A stretch of 64,000 bases of DNA from an uncultured Candidatus Rokubacteria bacterium (GTDB taxonomy: Bacteria; Methylomirabilota; Methylomirabilia; Rokubacteriales; DASRDR01): assembly GCA_963805625.1 (NCBI GenBank), contig CAWDVE010000011.1, positions 64,001-128,000 on the forward strand, in the 5' to 3' direction. The notes below the pieces were generated by a model. The model saw only the letters and a program-made list of their open reading frames with translations, ran no database searches and had not been told where the DNA came from. Positions 40,264-50,303 of the stretch are shown one piece after another. Position numbers and translations under genes: made by a program. Each line of letters begins with the position of its first letter. Within the stretch, counting starts at the first letter, position 1.

Positions 40264-41100
40264 GTGAGGTATAATCCCGGCACTCCTCAGCCACCTCGAG
40301 CCGGCGGAGGCGAGCGGACCATCCCGCACGCGGACGCGATCGCCGTCAGAGACGTCTCGAAGCGCTACGCGACCCGCGACGGCAGCGTCGCGGCGCTCGA
40401 GGGCATCAGCTTCGGCATCGGCGAGGGCGACTTCGTGGCCGTCGTCGGGCCCTCGGGCTGCGGGAAGACCACGCTGCTCAAGATCCTCGCCGGGCTCATG
40501 CCGCCCTCGGGCGGCGACGCGCGCCTGCGCGGCACCCCGATCACCGGGCCGCGCCAGGACATCGGCGTGGTCTTCCAGGCGCCGGTGCTCTTCCCCTGGC
40601 GGACCGTCCTCGATAACGTGCTCCTGCCCATCGACGTCCAGGGTCTCTCCCGCGAGCGTCACCGCGCGGCCGCGCTCGACCTCCTCGCCCTCGTCGGCCT
40701 CGAAGGCTTCGAGCGGCGGTACCCGTGGGAGCTGTCGGGCGGCATGCAGCAGCGCGTCGCGCTCACACGGGCCCTCGTCCACGACCCCGCCATGCTCCTC
40801 ATGGACGAGCCCTTCGGGGCGCTCGACGCGATGACCCGGGAGCAGATGAACGTCGAGCTCCAGCGGATCTGGCTCGAGCGGCGCAAGACGGTCGTGTTCA
40901 TCACGCACTCCATCCCGGAGGCCGTCTTCCTCGGCGACCGCGTCCTCGTCATGAGCCCGCGCCCGGGGCGCATCCTCGAGGACGTCCGCGTCGAACTCCC
41001 GCACCCGCGGTCGCTCGACGTCATGAACACCCCCGCGTTCGGCGAGCACGTGCGGGCGATCCGGCGGCGCTTCGCGGTGGCCGGGCGGCTGGACGGGTAG
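40264..41100 (+). CDS. NitT/TauT-type ABC transporter ATP-binding protein
   Basis: GPSGCGKT, LSGGMQQR, LLMDEPF, THS; start uncertain (homology begins about 40321). Confidence 0.92.
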   Translation: MRYNPGTPQPPRAGGGERTIPHADAIAVRDVSKRYATRDGSVAALEGISFGIGEGDFVAVVGPSGCGKTTLLKILAGLMPPSGGDARLRGTPITGPRQDIGVVFQAPVLFPWRTVLDNVLLPIDVQGLSRERHRAAALDLLALVGLEGFERRYPWELSGGMQQRVALTRALVHDPAMLLMDEPFGALDAMTREQMNVELQRIWLERRKTVVFITHSIPEAVFLGDRVLVMSPRPGRILEDVRVELPHPRSLDVMNTPAFGEHVRAIRRRFAVAGRLDG

Positions 41101-41105
41101 GCGGC

Positions 41106-41958
41106 GTGCATCGCGGCCGGAACCTCGCCCTGACGGTGGCCTTCTTCCTCGGGTCCATGGCCCTCTGGGAGGGCGCCGTCCGCGGCCTCGAGGTGCCGCC
41201 CTTCATCCTCCCGGCACCCTCGGCGGTGGCGGTGGCGCTCTGGCGCGGCCTAGCCAGCGGGCTCTACGTGAAACACCTCTGGTACACGCTGATCGAGACG
41301 CTGCTCGGGTTCCTCCTCGGCTCGGCCCTTGGCTTCGGCCTCGGCACGGCGGTGGCCATGAGCCGGTGGGTGGAGTACTTCCTCTACCCCTACATCGTGA
41401 TGTTCCAGTCGCTCCCGAAGATCGCCCTGGCGCCGCTCATCGTCATCTGGTTCGGGCTGGGGCTCGCGTCGAAGGTCGTCAACGCGGGCTTGGTCGCCTT
41501 CTTCCCCCTTCTCGTCAACACCATGGTCGGGCTCAGGTCGGCCGACGAGGACCGCGTGAGCCTGATGCGCTCCCTCGCCGCCACGCGACCGGCAGATCTT
41601 CTGGATGCTCCGGCTCCCCAACGCGCTGCCGTTCGTCATGGCCGGGCTCGACATCGCGATGATCTTCGCGCTGATCGGCGCCATCGTGGGCGAGTTCGTC
41701 GGCGCCACCGCCGGCCTCGGCATGCTGATCCAGAGCATGAACTTCACGATGGACGTCTCCGGCCAGTTCTCGGTGCTGCTGGTGCTCTCGTTCGTGGGCC
41801 TCGGGCTCAGCCGGGCCATCCAGCTGATCCGCCGGCGAGTCCTGTTCTGGGACCCGTCGGAGAAGGCCGCCCTCGAGCATGCCGACGAGGATGCACCCCT
41901 GTCCGCGTCGCTCGCGCGCGACCCGCGCGCGAGGAAAAAGGAGGTTACCGCATGGTGA
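41106..41958 (+). CDS. NitT/TauT ABC permease; frameshift near 41590
   Basis: LPAPS, QSLPKIALAPL, LPNALP, GAIVGEF. Confidence 0.88.
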
Positions 41959-43046
41959 GACCCCGCTCGCGCCGTCTCTCTCCCGTCGCGCCGGCCATCG
42001 CGCTGCTGGTCGGCCTCGCCGGGCTCGCTGGGCCGGCCAGCGCCCAGGTCGCGAAGATCAAGGTGGGCTGGTGCGCCCGCACCGTGTCGGCGGCCGCCGC
42101 CCCGTTCGCGATTGCCACCAAGCTCGGCTGGTTCCGGCAGGAGGGTATCGACGTCGAGCTGGTGCCGATGCCGGGCTCGACGGACTGCGTGAAGAACGTG
42201 GCGGTTCGCGAGGTCGATTTCTCGCTGCCGAGCGTCGAGCCGCTGGCGGTGGGCCGCCCGCAGGGGATCAAGGCCCAGATCTTCTACACGGCGTACCAGG
42301 GGAACATCTACGGGATCGCCGTGCCGCACGACAGCCCGGTCAAGGAGTTCACGGACCTCAGGGGCAAGCGCCTCGGGGTGATCTCGATGGCGTCGGCGGG
42401 CGTGCTCGTGGCCCGGGAGCTCGCCCGGGTGGCCGGGCTCAACCCGGACACCGACATCAACATCGTCGTGGCCGGCGAGGGCGCCCAGGCGGCGGCGATG
42501 GTCCGCGGCGGCCAGGTCGACGCCCTCAGCCAGTTCGACACCCAGTACGCGATGATCGAGAATGCCGGCGTCAGGTTGCGGCTCCTCGACACGCGGGCGA
42601 TCGACCGCTTCCCGTCGAACGGCTTCCTCGCCCTCGAGGAGGCGCTGCGCTCCCGCCGCAAGGAGGCCGTGGCGCTCGCGCGCAGCTACGCGAAGGGCAC
42701 GGTGTTCGCGATCGCCAACCCCGAGGCCGCCATCCGGATCCTCTGGGAGGTCTTCCCGGCGACGAAGCCCACCGGGAAGGACGAGGCGACGGCGCTCCGG
42801 GACGACACCAAGGTGCTCCAGGCGCGGGCCCAGAACTGGCGGCTCGAGAAGGCCGGCGTGAAGCGGTGGGGCGAGAACTCCGAGGCGAACTACGGCGCCT
42901 ACGCCGACTTCATGCTGAAGACCGGCATCATCAAGCAGGCGGTGACGGTGCAGGAGCTGATCACCAACGAGCTGGTCGACGAGATCAATCGCTTCGACCC
43001 GGAGAAGATCGCCGCCGAGGCGCGCGCCTACCGGGCCGGCGGATGA
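41952..43046 (+). CDS. NitT/TauT (NMT1/THI5-like) ABC substrate-binding protein
   Basis: Signal peptide, GWFRQEGIDVEL, DLRGKRLGV, ANPEAA. Confidence 0.9.
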   Translation: MVRPRSRRLSPVAPAIALLVGLAGLAGPASAQVAKIKVGWCARTVSAAAAPFAIATKLGWFRQEGIDVELVPMPGSTDCVKNVAVREVDFSLPSVEPLAVGRPQGIKAQIFYTAYQGNIYGIAVPHDSPVKEFTDLRGKRLGVISMASAGVLVARELARVAGLNPDTDINIVVAGEGAQAAAMVRGGQVDALSQFDTQYAMIENAGVRLRLLDTRAIDRFPSNGFLALEEALRSRRKEAVALARSYAKGTVFAIANPEAAIRILWEVFPATKPTGKDEATALRDDTKVLQARAQNWRLEKAGVKRWGENSEANYGAYADFMLKTGIIKQAVTVQELITNELVDEINRFDPEKIAAEARAYRAGG

Positions 43047-44116
43047 GCTCACCGGCCGAAAGCCGTCCAATCAGCCCGGCCCCCCGCCCGGAGCCTCGCG
43101 CCCCGGAAGCGGCGCGGCTGCTCCTCGAGGCGACCGAGCTCGTCGACCTTCACATCCACGTCGGCGCCGCAGTGGCCCCGCACGTGCTCTGGGAGATCGC
43201 CCACGATCACGGGTTCAAGCTGCCCGTGAGGACCTATCCGGAGTTCCAGGACCTCGTCTACGCGGATCCCGCCCGCGTCACGTCCTTGGAGGGCTACCTC
43301 GACATCCTCCACCGCTGGACGGAGCGCATCCAGTCGTCGCCCGCGGCCATCGAGCGCTCGGTCTACTCGATCATCGGGAAGGAGTACCGCTCCTCGCGCG
43401 TCTCGACCATCGAGCTCCGCTTCAACCCCATGAAGCGGAATCTCGGCGGTGAGCGCGACCTCGACCACATCATCACCGCAGCCATCCACGGGATGGAGCG
43501 CGCCTGTCTCGCGTACGGCGTCCGCGCCGGGCTGATTTTCTGTCTCGCGCGCGAGTTCGACTACGAACTGAACGACATCATCGTCCGGAAGGCCGAGCGC
43601 TACCGGGATCGCGGTGTGGTCGGCATCGACCTCGCCGGTCCCGAGCAGCATACGCTCGAGTTCGGTGGCGACGTCGATCGATATCGCGACCTCTTCGCCC
43701 GCGCGCGCGCCGCCGGCCTCGGCACGACCATCCATACCGGGGAGACCTCGCACACGGGCGCGGATGGCGTCTTCGCCGTCCTCGAGAAGCTCCAGCCGGA
43801 CCGCATCGGCCACGGCATCGCGGCGGCCCGCAGCAAGGAGCTCATGCGGCGGCTCAGTGACCAGGGAACGGTGCTGGAGCTGTGCCCCTCGTCGAACCTC
43901 CGGACGCACGCCGTCTCCGGGTGGGAGGAGTTGCGCGAGGTCTACCAGAGCCTACGGGACGCCGGGGTGCGGACGACCGTCAACACGGACGGCACGTACC
44001 TCCTCCGCACGACTCTCCGCCACGAGTACGAGCTGCTCCTCGCCCACCGCGTGCTCGACTCCGACGACGTCCTGCGCTCCATCGAGACCGCACGGCAGGC
44101 GACGTTCGTCCGGTAG
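43043..44116 (+). CDS. add: Adenosine deaminase family protein
   Basis: DLHIH, ELRFNP, GIDLAG, HTGE, RIGHG, ELCPSSN, NTD; ATGA overlap with the SBP. Confidence 0.88.
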   Translation: MSSPAESRPISPAPRPEPRAPEAARLLLEATELVDLHIHVGAAVAPHVLWEIAHDHGFKLPVRTYPEFQDLVYADPARVTSLEGYLDILHRWTERIQSSPAAIERSVYSIIGKEYRSSRVSTIELRFNPMKRNLGGERDLDHIITAAIHGMERACLAYGVRAGLIFCLAREFDYELNDIIVRKAERYRDRGVVGIDLAGPEQHTLEFGGDVDRYRDLFARARAAGLGTTIHTGETSHTGADGVFAVLEKLQPDRIGHGIAAARSKELMRRLSDQGTVLELCPSSNLRTHAVSGWEELREVYQSLRDAGVRTTVNTDGTYLLRTTLRHEYELLLAHRVLDSDDVLRSIETARQATFVR

Positions 44117-44192
44117 GTGGTGGTGAATGCGGCTCGAATCAATCATCCTTGCCATGGACCGAGCGCGTGGCGAGACACTCAGGAGAAGAGCG

Positions 44193-44792
44193 ATGGCGGA
44201 GAGGCGATTCGACATTGGCCTGGACCCCGAGAACAAGGATGCTCAGCGGCAGATGTGGGACAGCTGGTGGTACGACCGTTTCGAGATCCCGCACACGATC
44301 CCGGACGGTGCCCGCGGCCTCCAGATGGAGATGGGCGGGGAAACCTTCGGGGCCGTCCTTCTCGACCACGTCGCCCCGAAGACCTGCCAGGCGTTCTGGG
44401 AGGCGCTGCCCTATACGGGCAACATGATCCATTGCGCTTGGTTCGGTCATGCCGCCTTCTATCTCGATCGAGTGCCGCTGCTCGACGCGCTCGGCTATGA
44501 GCTGGAGAACCGCTTCCAGCGCCTCGCTCCCGGCGACATCGTCTGGGACCCGTACATCGAGGAGGTGACGATCGCCTATGGGCGCAATGCCTTCGTGAAC
44601 TTCCCGACCACGATCTACACCAAGGATGGCCGAGCGCATCCGAACCAGGTCTGCATCTTCGGCCGCGTGGTCGAGAACCTGGACGGCTTCGCCGTCATGT
44701 GCAAGCGCCTGCGCTATGAAGGCACCAAGCCGATGACGACCCGGCGAGCCGCGCAGAGGCCGCACGCGGCCGGACGCGTGGCGACCGGCTGA
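44193..44792 (+). CDS. DUF3830-like (cyclophilin-fold) protein with N-terminal extension
   Basis: APKTCQAFWEALP, IHCAWFG, EN....PGDI, AYG, F..MC..LRYEG. Confidence 0.75.
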   Translation: MAERRFDIGLDPENKDAQRQMWDSWWYDRFEIPHTIPDGARGLQMEMGGETFGAVLLDHVAPKTCQAFWEALPYTGNMIHCAWFGHAAFYLDRVPLLDALGYELENRFQRLAPGDIVWDPYIEEVTIAYGRNAFVNFPTTIYTKDGRAHPNQVCIFGRVVENLDGFAVMCKRLRYEGTKPMTTRRAAQRPHAAGRVATG

Positions 44793-44931
44793 TCATTCGC
44801 CAGCCGGTTGCCGGCCGCGGGGAACCGTGCCACGCTGACCCCCGGCCGACCGCTCTCACCAACACGCACGAGAACGGTAGGACCCGTCCAGTCGGCCGCC
44901 GGGCCCGCCGCCAGCCACGACGGAGGAGCAC

Positions 44932-45390
44932 GTGAAGCGCCAGGTCATCAGCACCGACAAGGGTCCCCGCACCGGTCTCCCCTACTCACAGGGCATCCGT
45001 CACGGGGACCTCGTCTTCGTAGCCGGACAGGTCGCGCTCGATCCCGCCACCGGGCAGGTCGTGGCGGGCGGCATCCGCGAGCAGACGCGGCAGACGCTCG
45101 AGAACGTGGAGGCGATCCTTCGCGCGGCGGGCACGTCGCTCGGGCACGCGGTCGAGTGCCTCTGCCTGCTCCACGACATCGGCGACTTCGGGGCGTTCAA
45201 CGAGGTCTACAAGGGGTTCTTCCCGACGGACCCGCCGGCCCGCACGACGGTCCAGGCCGTGCTCCCGCGCCCGGGGCTCCTCGTCGAGATCCGGACCGTC
45301 GCCGCGATGCCACCCCGCGGTGCGGCCGCGAAGGGCAAGACGGCCCGGCGGGGCGTGGGCCGGGCGCACCTGGCTTGGCGACGGCGCTAG
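44932..45390 (+). CDS. RidA/YjgF family enamine deaminase
   Basis: PYSQG, GQVALDP, FNEVY, PARTTV, LVEI. Confidence 0.92.
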   Translation: MKRQVISTDKGPRTGLPYSQGIRHGDLVFVAGQVALDPATGQVVAGGIREQTRQTLENVEAILRAAGTSLGHAVECLCLLHDIGDFGAFNEVYKGFFPTDPPARTTVQAVLPRPGLLVEIRTVAAMPPRGAAAKGKTARRGVGRAHLAWRRR

Positions 45391-45400
45391 CCGGCGTCGA

Positions 45401-46195
45401 TCACGGCGGGCGCCAGCGTCCCAGCCGCGTCTCGAGCAGGCGGAGCCCCTGCGTCACAGCCACTCCGAGGAGGGCCAGCAGCACGACGGGCGCGAGCGCG
45501 TCGGCCGTCCGGAGGCGCGCGCCGTAGAGCGTCATGCGGAACCCCAGGCCCGCGTTGGCGCCGAACATCTCGCCCACCACGACCCCGACGAGCGCGCGGC
45601 CCGCGGCCAGCCGGAGCCCGGCCAGTACGAGCGGCAGCGATCCCGGTAGGACAACCTTCGTCGCCACGGCGCGGCGGCTCCCGCCGAACGCCCGCACGGC
45701 CCGGACGAGCACCGGATCCGCCGCTCGCACAGCCGCCAGCGTGTTGACGACGATCGGGATGACTGCCAGCAGGAACGCGAGGGTCACCGCCACCGGGAAC
45801 CCGAAGCCCACCCACACCACGAGCAGCGGGTGGAGCGCCACGAGCGGAGTCGCGTAGAGGAACCAGACGAAGGGATCCAGCGCGAGCTCGACGCCACGCC
45901 ACGCCCCCATCGCCAGGCCCACGACAATCCCGACCACCGTCGCGAGCCCGAAACCGAGGGTGAACTCGACCCCGCTCCAGACGAGGTCCGAGCCGAGCTC
46001 GCCCTGGCTCCATTGCCGAGCCAGCGCCGCCGCGACGCGGGCAGGGCTCGCCAGGACGACCGGGTTCACCAGGTGGAGCCTCGCGGCCGCTTCCCAGCCT
46101 CCAAGCGCGAGCGCGAGGCCCGTCAGTCCGAGGACGACCGCCCCGTGCAGGGACGGCCGCACCCGCTCGGCCCGGAGCGGCGCCGCTGGTGTCAG
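45401..46195 (-). CDS. NitT/TauT ABC permease
   Basis: TPLVALHP, KVVLPGSLP, GVVVGEM; start uncertain. Confidence 0.88.
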   Translation of the reverse strand: MTPAAPLRAERVRPSLHGAVVLGLTGLALALGGWEAAARLHLVNPVVLASPARVAAALARQWSQGELGSDLVWSGVEFTLGFGLATVVGIVVGLAMGAWRGVELALDPFVWFLYATPLVALHPLLVVWVGFGFPVAVTLAFLLAVIPIVVNTLAAVRAADPVLVRAVRAFGGSRRAVATKVVLPGSLPLVLAGLRLAAGRALVGVVVGEMFGANAGLGFRMTLYGARLRTADALAPVVLLALLGVAVTQGLRLLETRLGRWRPP

Positions 46196-47028
46196 GGCTC
46201 GATCCCCCGCCGCCAGGGTCCAAGCCGGGCCTCCGCCATCCGGCACGCCTGCACACCGGCCAGGCTCACGAGCCCGACGAGCCCCGCCAGGGCCAGCAGA
46301 TCGGCCGTGCGTCCGGCGTTCCCGTAGGCCGCCAGAAGCTGCCCGACGCCGGCGACCGAGACGTACATCTCCCCGACGATCACCCCGATGAGCGCCCGGC
46401 CAAGTCCCAGCCGGAGCCCGCCCATGACGGCCGGTAACGTCCCGGGCAGGACCACCTTCGCGAGGACGGCAACGGAACGGCCGCCAAACGCGCGCACGGC
46501 GCGCTCCCAGAGGGGGTCGAGCTGCCGGACGCCGGCCAGCGTGTTGACCAGCACGGGAAACACCGCGCCCAGGAAGGCCACCGCCGCCTTCGAGACCACG
46601 CCGATGCCGAGCCACAGAACGAGGACGGGCAGGAGCGCGACGCGCGGAGTCGAATGCCCCACCATCACGAGGGGGTCCAGGAGGTGCCCGAGGCGTGGCA
46701 CCCGGCCCATGGCCACCCCGAGTGGCACACCGACGAGAACGGCCAGCGCAAAGCCCAGGGCGAGCTCCTGGAGGCTCACGAGCGCATGCGCCAAGAGCTC
46801 ACCCGAGGCGAGAAGGCCGAGGCCCGCCCGGAGCACGTCCGCCGGCGTGGCGCCGAGTCCCCGATCGGCCGGGCCCCACGTCCCAGCGGCCTGCCAGCCG
46901 AGGAGCACGAGCACCACCGACGCCGTGCGAGTCAGTGCGGGCCGGACACGCTGCCAGGACACCGTCACACGACGGCCCAGGGGAGGGACGTGGGTGGGCG
47001 CGCCCAGGACAGCCGGCGTCTCAGCCAC
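46192..47028 (-). CDS. NitT/TauT ABC permease
   Basis: TPRVALLP, KVVLPGTLP, GVIVGEM. Confidence 0.9.
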   Translation of the reverse strand: MAETPAVLGAPTHVPPLGRRVTVSWQRVRPALTRTASVVLVLLGWQAAGTWGPADRGLGATPADVLRAGLGLLASGELLAHALVSLQELALGFALAVLVGVPLGVAMGRVPRLGHLLDPLVMVGHSTPRVALLPVLVLWLGIGVVSKAAVAFLGAVFPVLVNTLAGVRQLDPLWERAVRAFGGRSVAVLAKVVLPGTLPAVMGGLRLGLGRALIGVIVGEMYVSVAGVGQLLAAYGNAGRTADLLALAGLVGLVSLAGVQACRMAEARLGPWRRGIEP

Positions 47029-47830
47029 CCCCGCCCCCGTCCTCCGGCGCGGCGCCGAGCGCCCGCCGAGCCTCGCCCTCGAGCCGCGCCCAGAGGCGCT
47101 GCCGGTACGCCCCGAAATCGGAGGTGCCTCGAACCGCCAGCGACCGCGGCCGCGGTAGCTCGATCCGCACCGACTCCAGCACTCGGCCGGGACGCGCTGA
47201 CAGCACGACCACGCGGTCGGCCAGATAGATCGCCTCGTCGAGGTCGTGCGTGACGAACAGGATGGTCTTGCGGTCGCCCTCCCAGAGCCGGAGGAGCTCC
47301 GCGCCCATCAGAACCCGCGTCTGGGCGTCGAGGGCGCCGAACGGCTCGTCCATGAGAAGCACGCGTGGCCGAACGGCCAGCGCCCGGGCCAGCCCCACCC
47401 GTTGCCGCATGCCGCCCGACAGCTGGTGCGGGAAGTAGTCCTCGAACTCCGCGAGGCCGACGAGCCCGAGGTGTCGCCGCGCCTGGACCCGTCGCTCCGC
47501 TGCCGGATGGCCCGCCAGCTCCAGTCCCACCTCCACGTTGCCAAGGGCCGTGCGCCAGGGGAGCAGCGCAAACTCCTGGAACACGAGCGCCCGCTCCGAG
47601 CTCGGTCCCGAGATCGGCGTGCCCTCGAGCGTGACACGCCCCCGGGCTGGCCGGAGAAGCCCGTTGACGACGAGGAGGAGGCTCGACTTGCCGCAGCCCG
47701 AGGGGCCGATGACCGCGACCAGCTCCCCCGCGTCGACCGTGAAATTCACCCCGTCCAGCGCGACGAGCTCCCCGCCGTCGCCGGGGCGCTGGTACGCGAC
47801 GACGAGATCCTCGACCACGAGCTGTGTCAC
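47021..47830 (-). CDS. NitT/TauT ABC ATP-binding protein
   Basis: GPSGCGKS, LSGGMRQR, LLMDEPF, THD. Confidence 0.94.
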   Translation of the reverse strand: MTQLVVEDLVVAYQRPGDGGELVALDGVNFTVDAGELVAVIGPSGCGKSSLLLVVNGLLRPARGRVTLEGTPISGPSSERALVFQEFALLPWRTALGNVEVGLELAGHPAAERRVQARRHLGLVGLAEFEDYFPHQLSGGMRQRVGLARALAVRPRVLLMDEPFGALDAQTRVLMGAELLRLWEGDRKTILFVTHDLDEAIYLADRVVVLSARPGRVLESVRIELPRPRSLAVRGTSDFGAYRQRLWARLEGEARRALGAAPEDGGGGG

Positions 47831-47843
47831 GGCGCGAACGCTG

Positions 47844-47930
47844 CTAGCGCGGGGCCCACGCGTCGAACGTGTCGACGAAGGTCCACGCCAGCACGCAAAG
47901 CGCGAGCCATGCCGCCGGTGGGGACCTCAC
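47844..47930 (-). pseudogene. Substrate-binding protein gene collapsed to 28 aa (signal start + last 11 residues)
   Basis: VRSPPAAWLALCVLAWT-FVDTFDAWAPR*; tail matches FIDTFDAWAPR* of 50304..51356. Confidence 0.85.
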
Positions 47931-48374
47931 CCCAGTCCCCGTCGCTCCCGAGCCCCGGTACCGTCGCCCGCCACGACGCGGTGCACGTGGGCGATCTTAC
48001 CGCCGCGCGTGCTCTCGGCCGGCCGACGCTCCACCTCGAGATACGCGCCGTCGCGCCACAGCCGGGCTGCTCCGCCGCGCCGTTTTGCGCTCCCAGCGTG
48101 TCGACCATGACGCCGACGACCGCCCGCGGATCGAGGGGACCCACCGCGGGGTCCACGGCGGGCGTGCTCGCCGTCCTGCTCCTCGGCGAGCTGATAGTCC
48201 GTCGGGCCGCCGCCAAAGCGCCCGGGAAGCACCTCGTCTAACACTCGCACCACGTCGGCGTCGACGAGGTTCATGCCGCAGGCCGTGAGCCAGCGGCTGG
48301 CGGAGGAAGCCGGGTAGCCGGCGCAGGAAGGGCGCGGCCATGCGGAGGTCCGCCGCAAGGACGCGCGAAGCCAC
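47927..48374 (-). pseudogene. Internally deleted paralog of 48759..50285
   Basis: N-terminus DLRMAAPFLRRLPGFLRQPL fused out of frame to LTACGMNLVDADVVRVLDEVLPGRFGGGPTDYQL..LWRDGAYLEVERRP..GKIAHVH. Confidence 0.88.
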
Positions 48375-48758
48375 CCGCCCGGCGCCCCCGCGAGGAGCCC
48401 CGCGCTTCAACCGACCGCGCGCGTCGCCGGGGCCGGGACGCGCGAGGGACCGATGGTAAGGGCGGTAGTCGACATGAGTGCCGCTTCCCAGCTGTCTCCT
48501 CCCCAGGACTCCTAGGGGCTGGCAACTGGCCGAGGCCCGATTCTACTCGGACGACCCGCGCGCCGTCGACGAGTTCTGGACCTAGCCCACACGATACTAC
48601 CCCATGGATACGGTGGCGTCTGCTACCATCGGCCCGGAAACGACCGCGCGCGAGGTGAGAGAACGCGACTCGCCACCAACCTCACCCGTCTGGATCTGAT
48701 CGCGGCCGCACGGCTCCTCCTCCACCTTCCCGGCTTCCTTGCACGCCGGCCGGGGGAG

Positions 48759-50285
48759 ATGGACGCTCGACAGATCCTTCGCGAGCGCCTGGCGACCCGT
48801 GAGGCGCGCTTCCTCGGTTTCGTGAGGCGCGCGGTCTTCGAGCAACCCGGCAGCCCGTATGCGAGCCTCTTCGCACGTGCGCGATGCGAGAGCGGAGACC
48901 TGGAGCAGCTGGTCAGGCAGAACGGTATCGAGGGCGCGCTCCTCGAGCTGTTCCGGGCGGGAATCTACCTCAGCGGGGACGAGTTCAAGGGCCGTCGACC
49001 GGCGCGGCGCGGCGCCGACACGATTTCAGTCAGCCCCGAGCGTCTGGTCAACCCGACCGTGGCGTTCGACTTCCTGACCCAGAGTAGCGGGAGCCGAGGA
49101 ACGCGGACGACGGTCCCGACGGACCTCGACTGGATCCGCGAGCGTGCGGTCAACACGTTCCTGGCTGTCCAGGCGCGAGGCGGGACTCGGTGGCGCCACG
49201 CGCTCTGGAATGTGCCGGGCGGCTCGGCGCTGTCCGTGCTCCTCCAGTACGCCCACTTCGGCCTGCCGATCGGTCCGTGGTTCTCACAGGTGGATCCGGC
49301 CGCTGCGGGCCTCCACCCGCGCTACCGTTGGAGCGCACGCGCCGTGCGCTGGGCAAGCGCCCTGGGTGGCGTCTCCCTGCCTCGCCCCCGGCACGTTTCC
49401 GTCGACGATCCTCTCCCGATTGCCCGCTGGGCGGCCGAACTTCTGCGAGCCGGGCACACGCCCCATCTGGACACCTTTCCGAGCGCGGCCGTGCGGCTAT
49501 GTCGGGCGGCTCTCCGCCAGGGCATCGACGTGACGGGCCTTCGGCTCCGGCTCACCGGTGAGCCCGTGACGGAGGCGCGGCACCGCGTCGTGCGGGAGGC
49601 CGGTGCCGAGCCGTTCCCACTGTACGCCGTGACCGGCTCCGGGCCGATCGGCCAGGGCTGCTTGGCTCCCGCGCACCCCGACGAGGTCCATTTGCTGCAT
49701 GACCTCCATGCCCTCATCCAGCCGGGGCTAGCCGGCGCGACGGATCTTCCCCGCCCGGGGGCCCTCCTGGTCTCCACCTTCTCGCCCGCCGCTCCGTTCA
49801 CCCTCATCAACGTTGCACCCGGCGACGAGGCCGTGCTGAGCGACCGCCGGTGCGGGTGCCCCTTCGAGGCGCTCGGGTGGACCGGGCACGCCCACACCAT
49901 CCGGAGCTACGAGAAGCTCACCGCGGCCGGAATGACGTTCTCGGACGTCGACGTGACCCGCGTGCTCGACGAGATCTTGCCAGCGCGATTCGGGGGGACG
50001 CCCACCGACTATCAGCTCGTGGAGGATGCCAGCGACGACGGCGAGCCCCGCCTGCGGCTCCTCGTGGCCCCTACAGTCCGTGTCTCAGATTTGGCAGCGG
50101 TCGCTGAGGTCTTCTTGGCCGGGATCGGGAACGGCTCGGGCGCGGAACGGATCATGGCCGACGTCTGGCGCCAGAGCGGCGTCCTCCACGTGGAGGTGCG
50201 GGAACCGCTTGCCGGGCCTTCCGGAAAGATCTGGCACGTCCACCTGAATCTCCGCTCGCAAGTCGGGGTCGGGCCGGCCGGCTGA
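48759..50285 (+). CDS. Uncharacterised PaaK/ANL-like adenylate-forming protein; true N-terminus extends upstream to about 48660
   Basis: QSSGSRG P-loop-like motif, LTGEPVT, YAVTGSG, GD, RCGC, EKLT; upstream in-frame DLIAAARLLLHLPGFL matches the paralog N-terminus but has no in-frame start. Confidence 0.7.
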   Translation: MDARQILRERLATREARFLGFVRRAVFEQPGSPYASLFARARCESGDLEQLVRQNGIEGALLELFRAGIYLSGDEFKGRRPARRGADTISVSPERLVNPTVAFDFLTQSSGSRGTRTTVPTDLDWIRERAVNTFLAVQARGGTRWRHALWNVPGGSALSVLLQYAHFGLPIGPWFSQVDPAAAGLHPRYRWSARAVRWASALGGVSLPRPRHVSVDDPLPIARWAAELLRAGHTPHLDTFPSAAVRLCRAALRQGIDVTGLRLRLTGEPVTEARHRVVREAGAEPFPLYAVTGSGPIGQGCLAPAHPDEVHLLHDLHALIQPGLAGATDLPRPGALLVSTFSPAAPFTLINVAPGDEAVLSDRRCGCPFEALGWTGHAHTIRSYEKLTAAGMTFSDVDVTRVLDEILPARFGGTPTDYQLVEDASDDGEPRLRLLVAPTVRVSDLAAVAEVFLAGIGNGSGAERIMADVWRQSGVLHVEVREPLAGPSGKIWHVHLNLRSQVGVGPAG

Positions 50286-50303
50286 CGGCAGGGAGGTGAA
50301 CGC

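Noticed and set aside
40725-43046. Apparent permease-SBP fusion (773 aa)
   Set aside because: Caused by a frameshift near 41590; the SBP has its own RBS, start (41952) and signal peptide.
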